DNA of 64,000 nucleotides, taken from Octopus bimaculoides (lineage: Eukaryota). This document shows, in pieces, positions 63,947 to 64,000 of the stretch. The notes beneath the pieces were generated by a model, which was given only the letters and a program-made list of their open reading frames with translations, was not told the DNA's origin and ran no database searches. Position 1 is the first letter of the stretch. The number at the start of each line of letters is the position of its first letter. The position numbers and the translations under genes were made by a program. Where the stretch lies: positions 36,289,623 to 36,353,622 of the forward strand of contig NC_068998.1 of NCBI RefSeq assembly GCF_001194135.2, in the 5' to 3' direction.

Positions 63947-64000
63947 TAATCTGTAACCCCCCATCTTCAATATTATTATTGTTGCTGTTGTTGTTTTATA

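Noticed and set aside
1-64000. Most listed ORFs (poly-Y/L/I/N, HTHT, CVCV, IYLS, SLSL and X-containing)
   Set aside because: Translations of microsatellites or read-through of N gaps, not genes.
1-64000. CRISPR arrays, rRNA, intact tRNA genes, prokaryotic systems
   Set aside because: No repeat-spacer arrays or matching structures; the sequence is eukaryotic and intron/TE-rich.

Overview
Repeat-dense animal genomic DNA, most likely octopus or another cephalopod. This is an inference from the tRNA/CORE-type SINE families, Dong/R4 LINEs and very high microsatellite content; no database search was possible. The window has 14 N-gaps, mostly next to (TA)n, (CA)n or (AG)n tracts. Most ORFs in the supplied track are microsatellite or N-gap artefacts. 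Supportable content: (i) about 25 SINE copies of three families; (ii) a nest of Dong/R4 RLE-type LINE fragments separated by (AAT)n arrays (25-31 kb) and a second R4-like group (33.8 kb, 37.5-41 kb); (iii) Hero, Tx1/L1, CR1 and Penelope-like fragments; (iv) four mariner relics, one DD37D (maT) relic and a TTAA-flanked fold-back element; (v) a phase-consistent, stop-free spliced gene of unknown family on the minus strand (exons 21300-21241, 14179-14083, 3214-3008, 2402-2373), plus two mutually similar plus-strand exons (20853, 35380) that may be paralogous relics; (vi) two tandem, highly diverged gag/ORF1-like units with no ORF2, sharing a 15-nt leader motif and a candidate 5' intron, directly downstream of a Penelope fragment; (vii) several minimal type-I hammerhead-ribozyme-like motifs, the best at 45778-45829.
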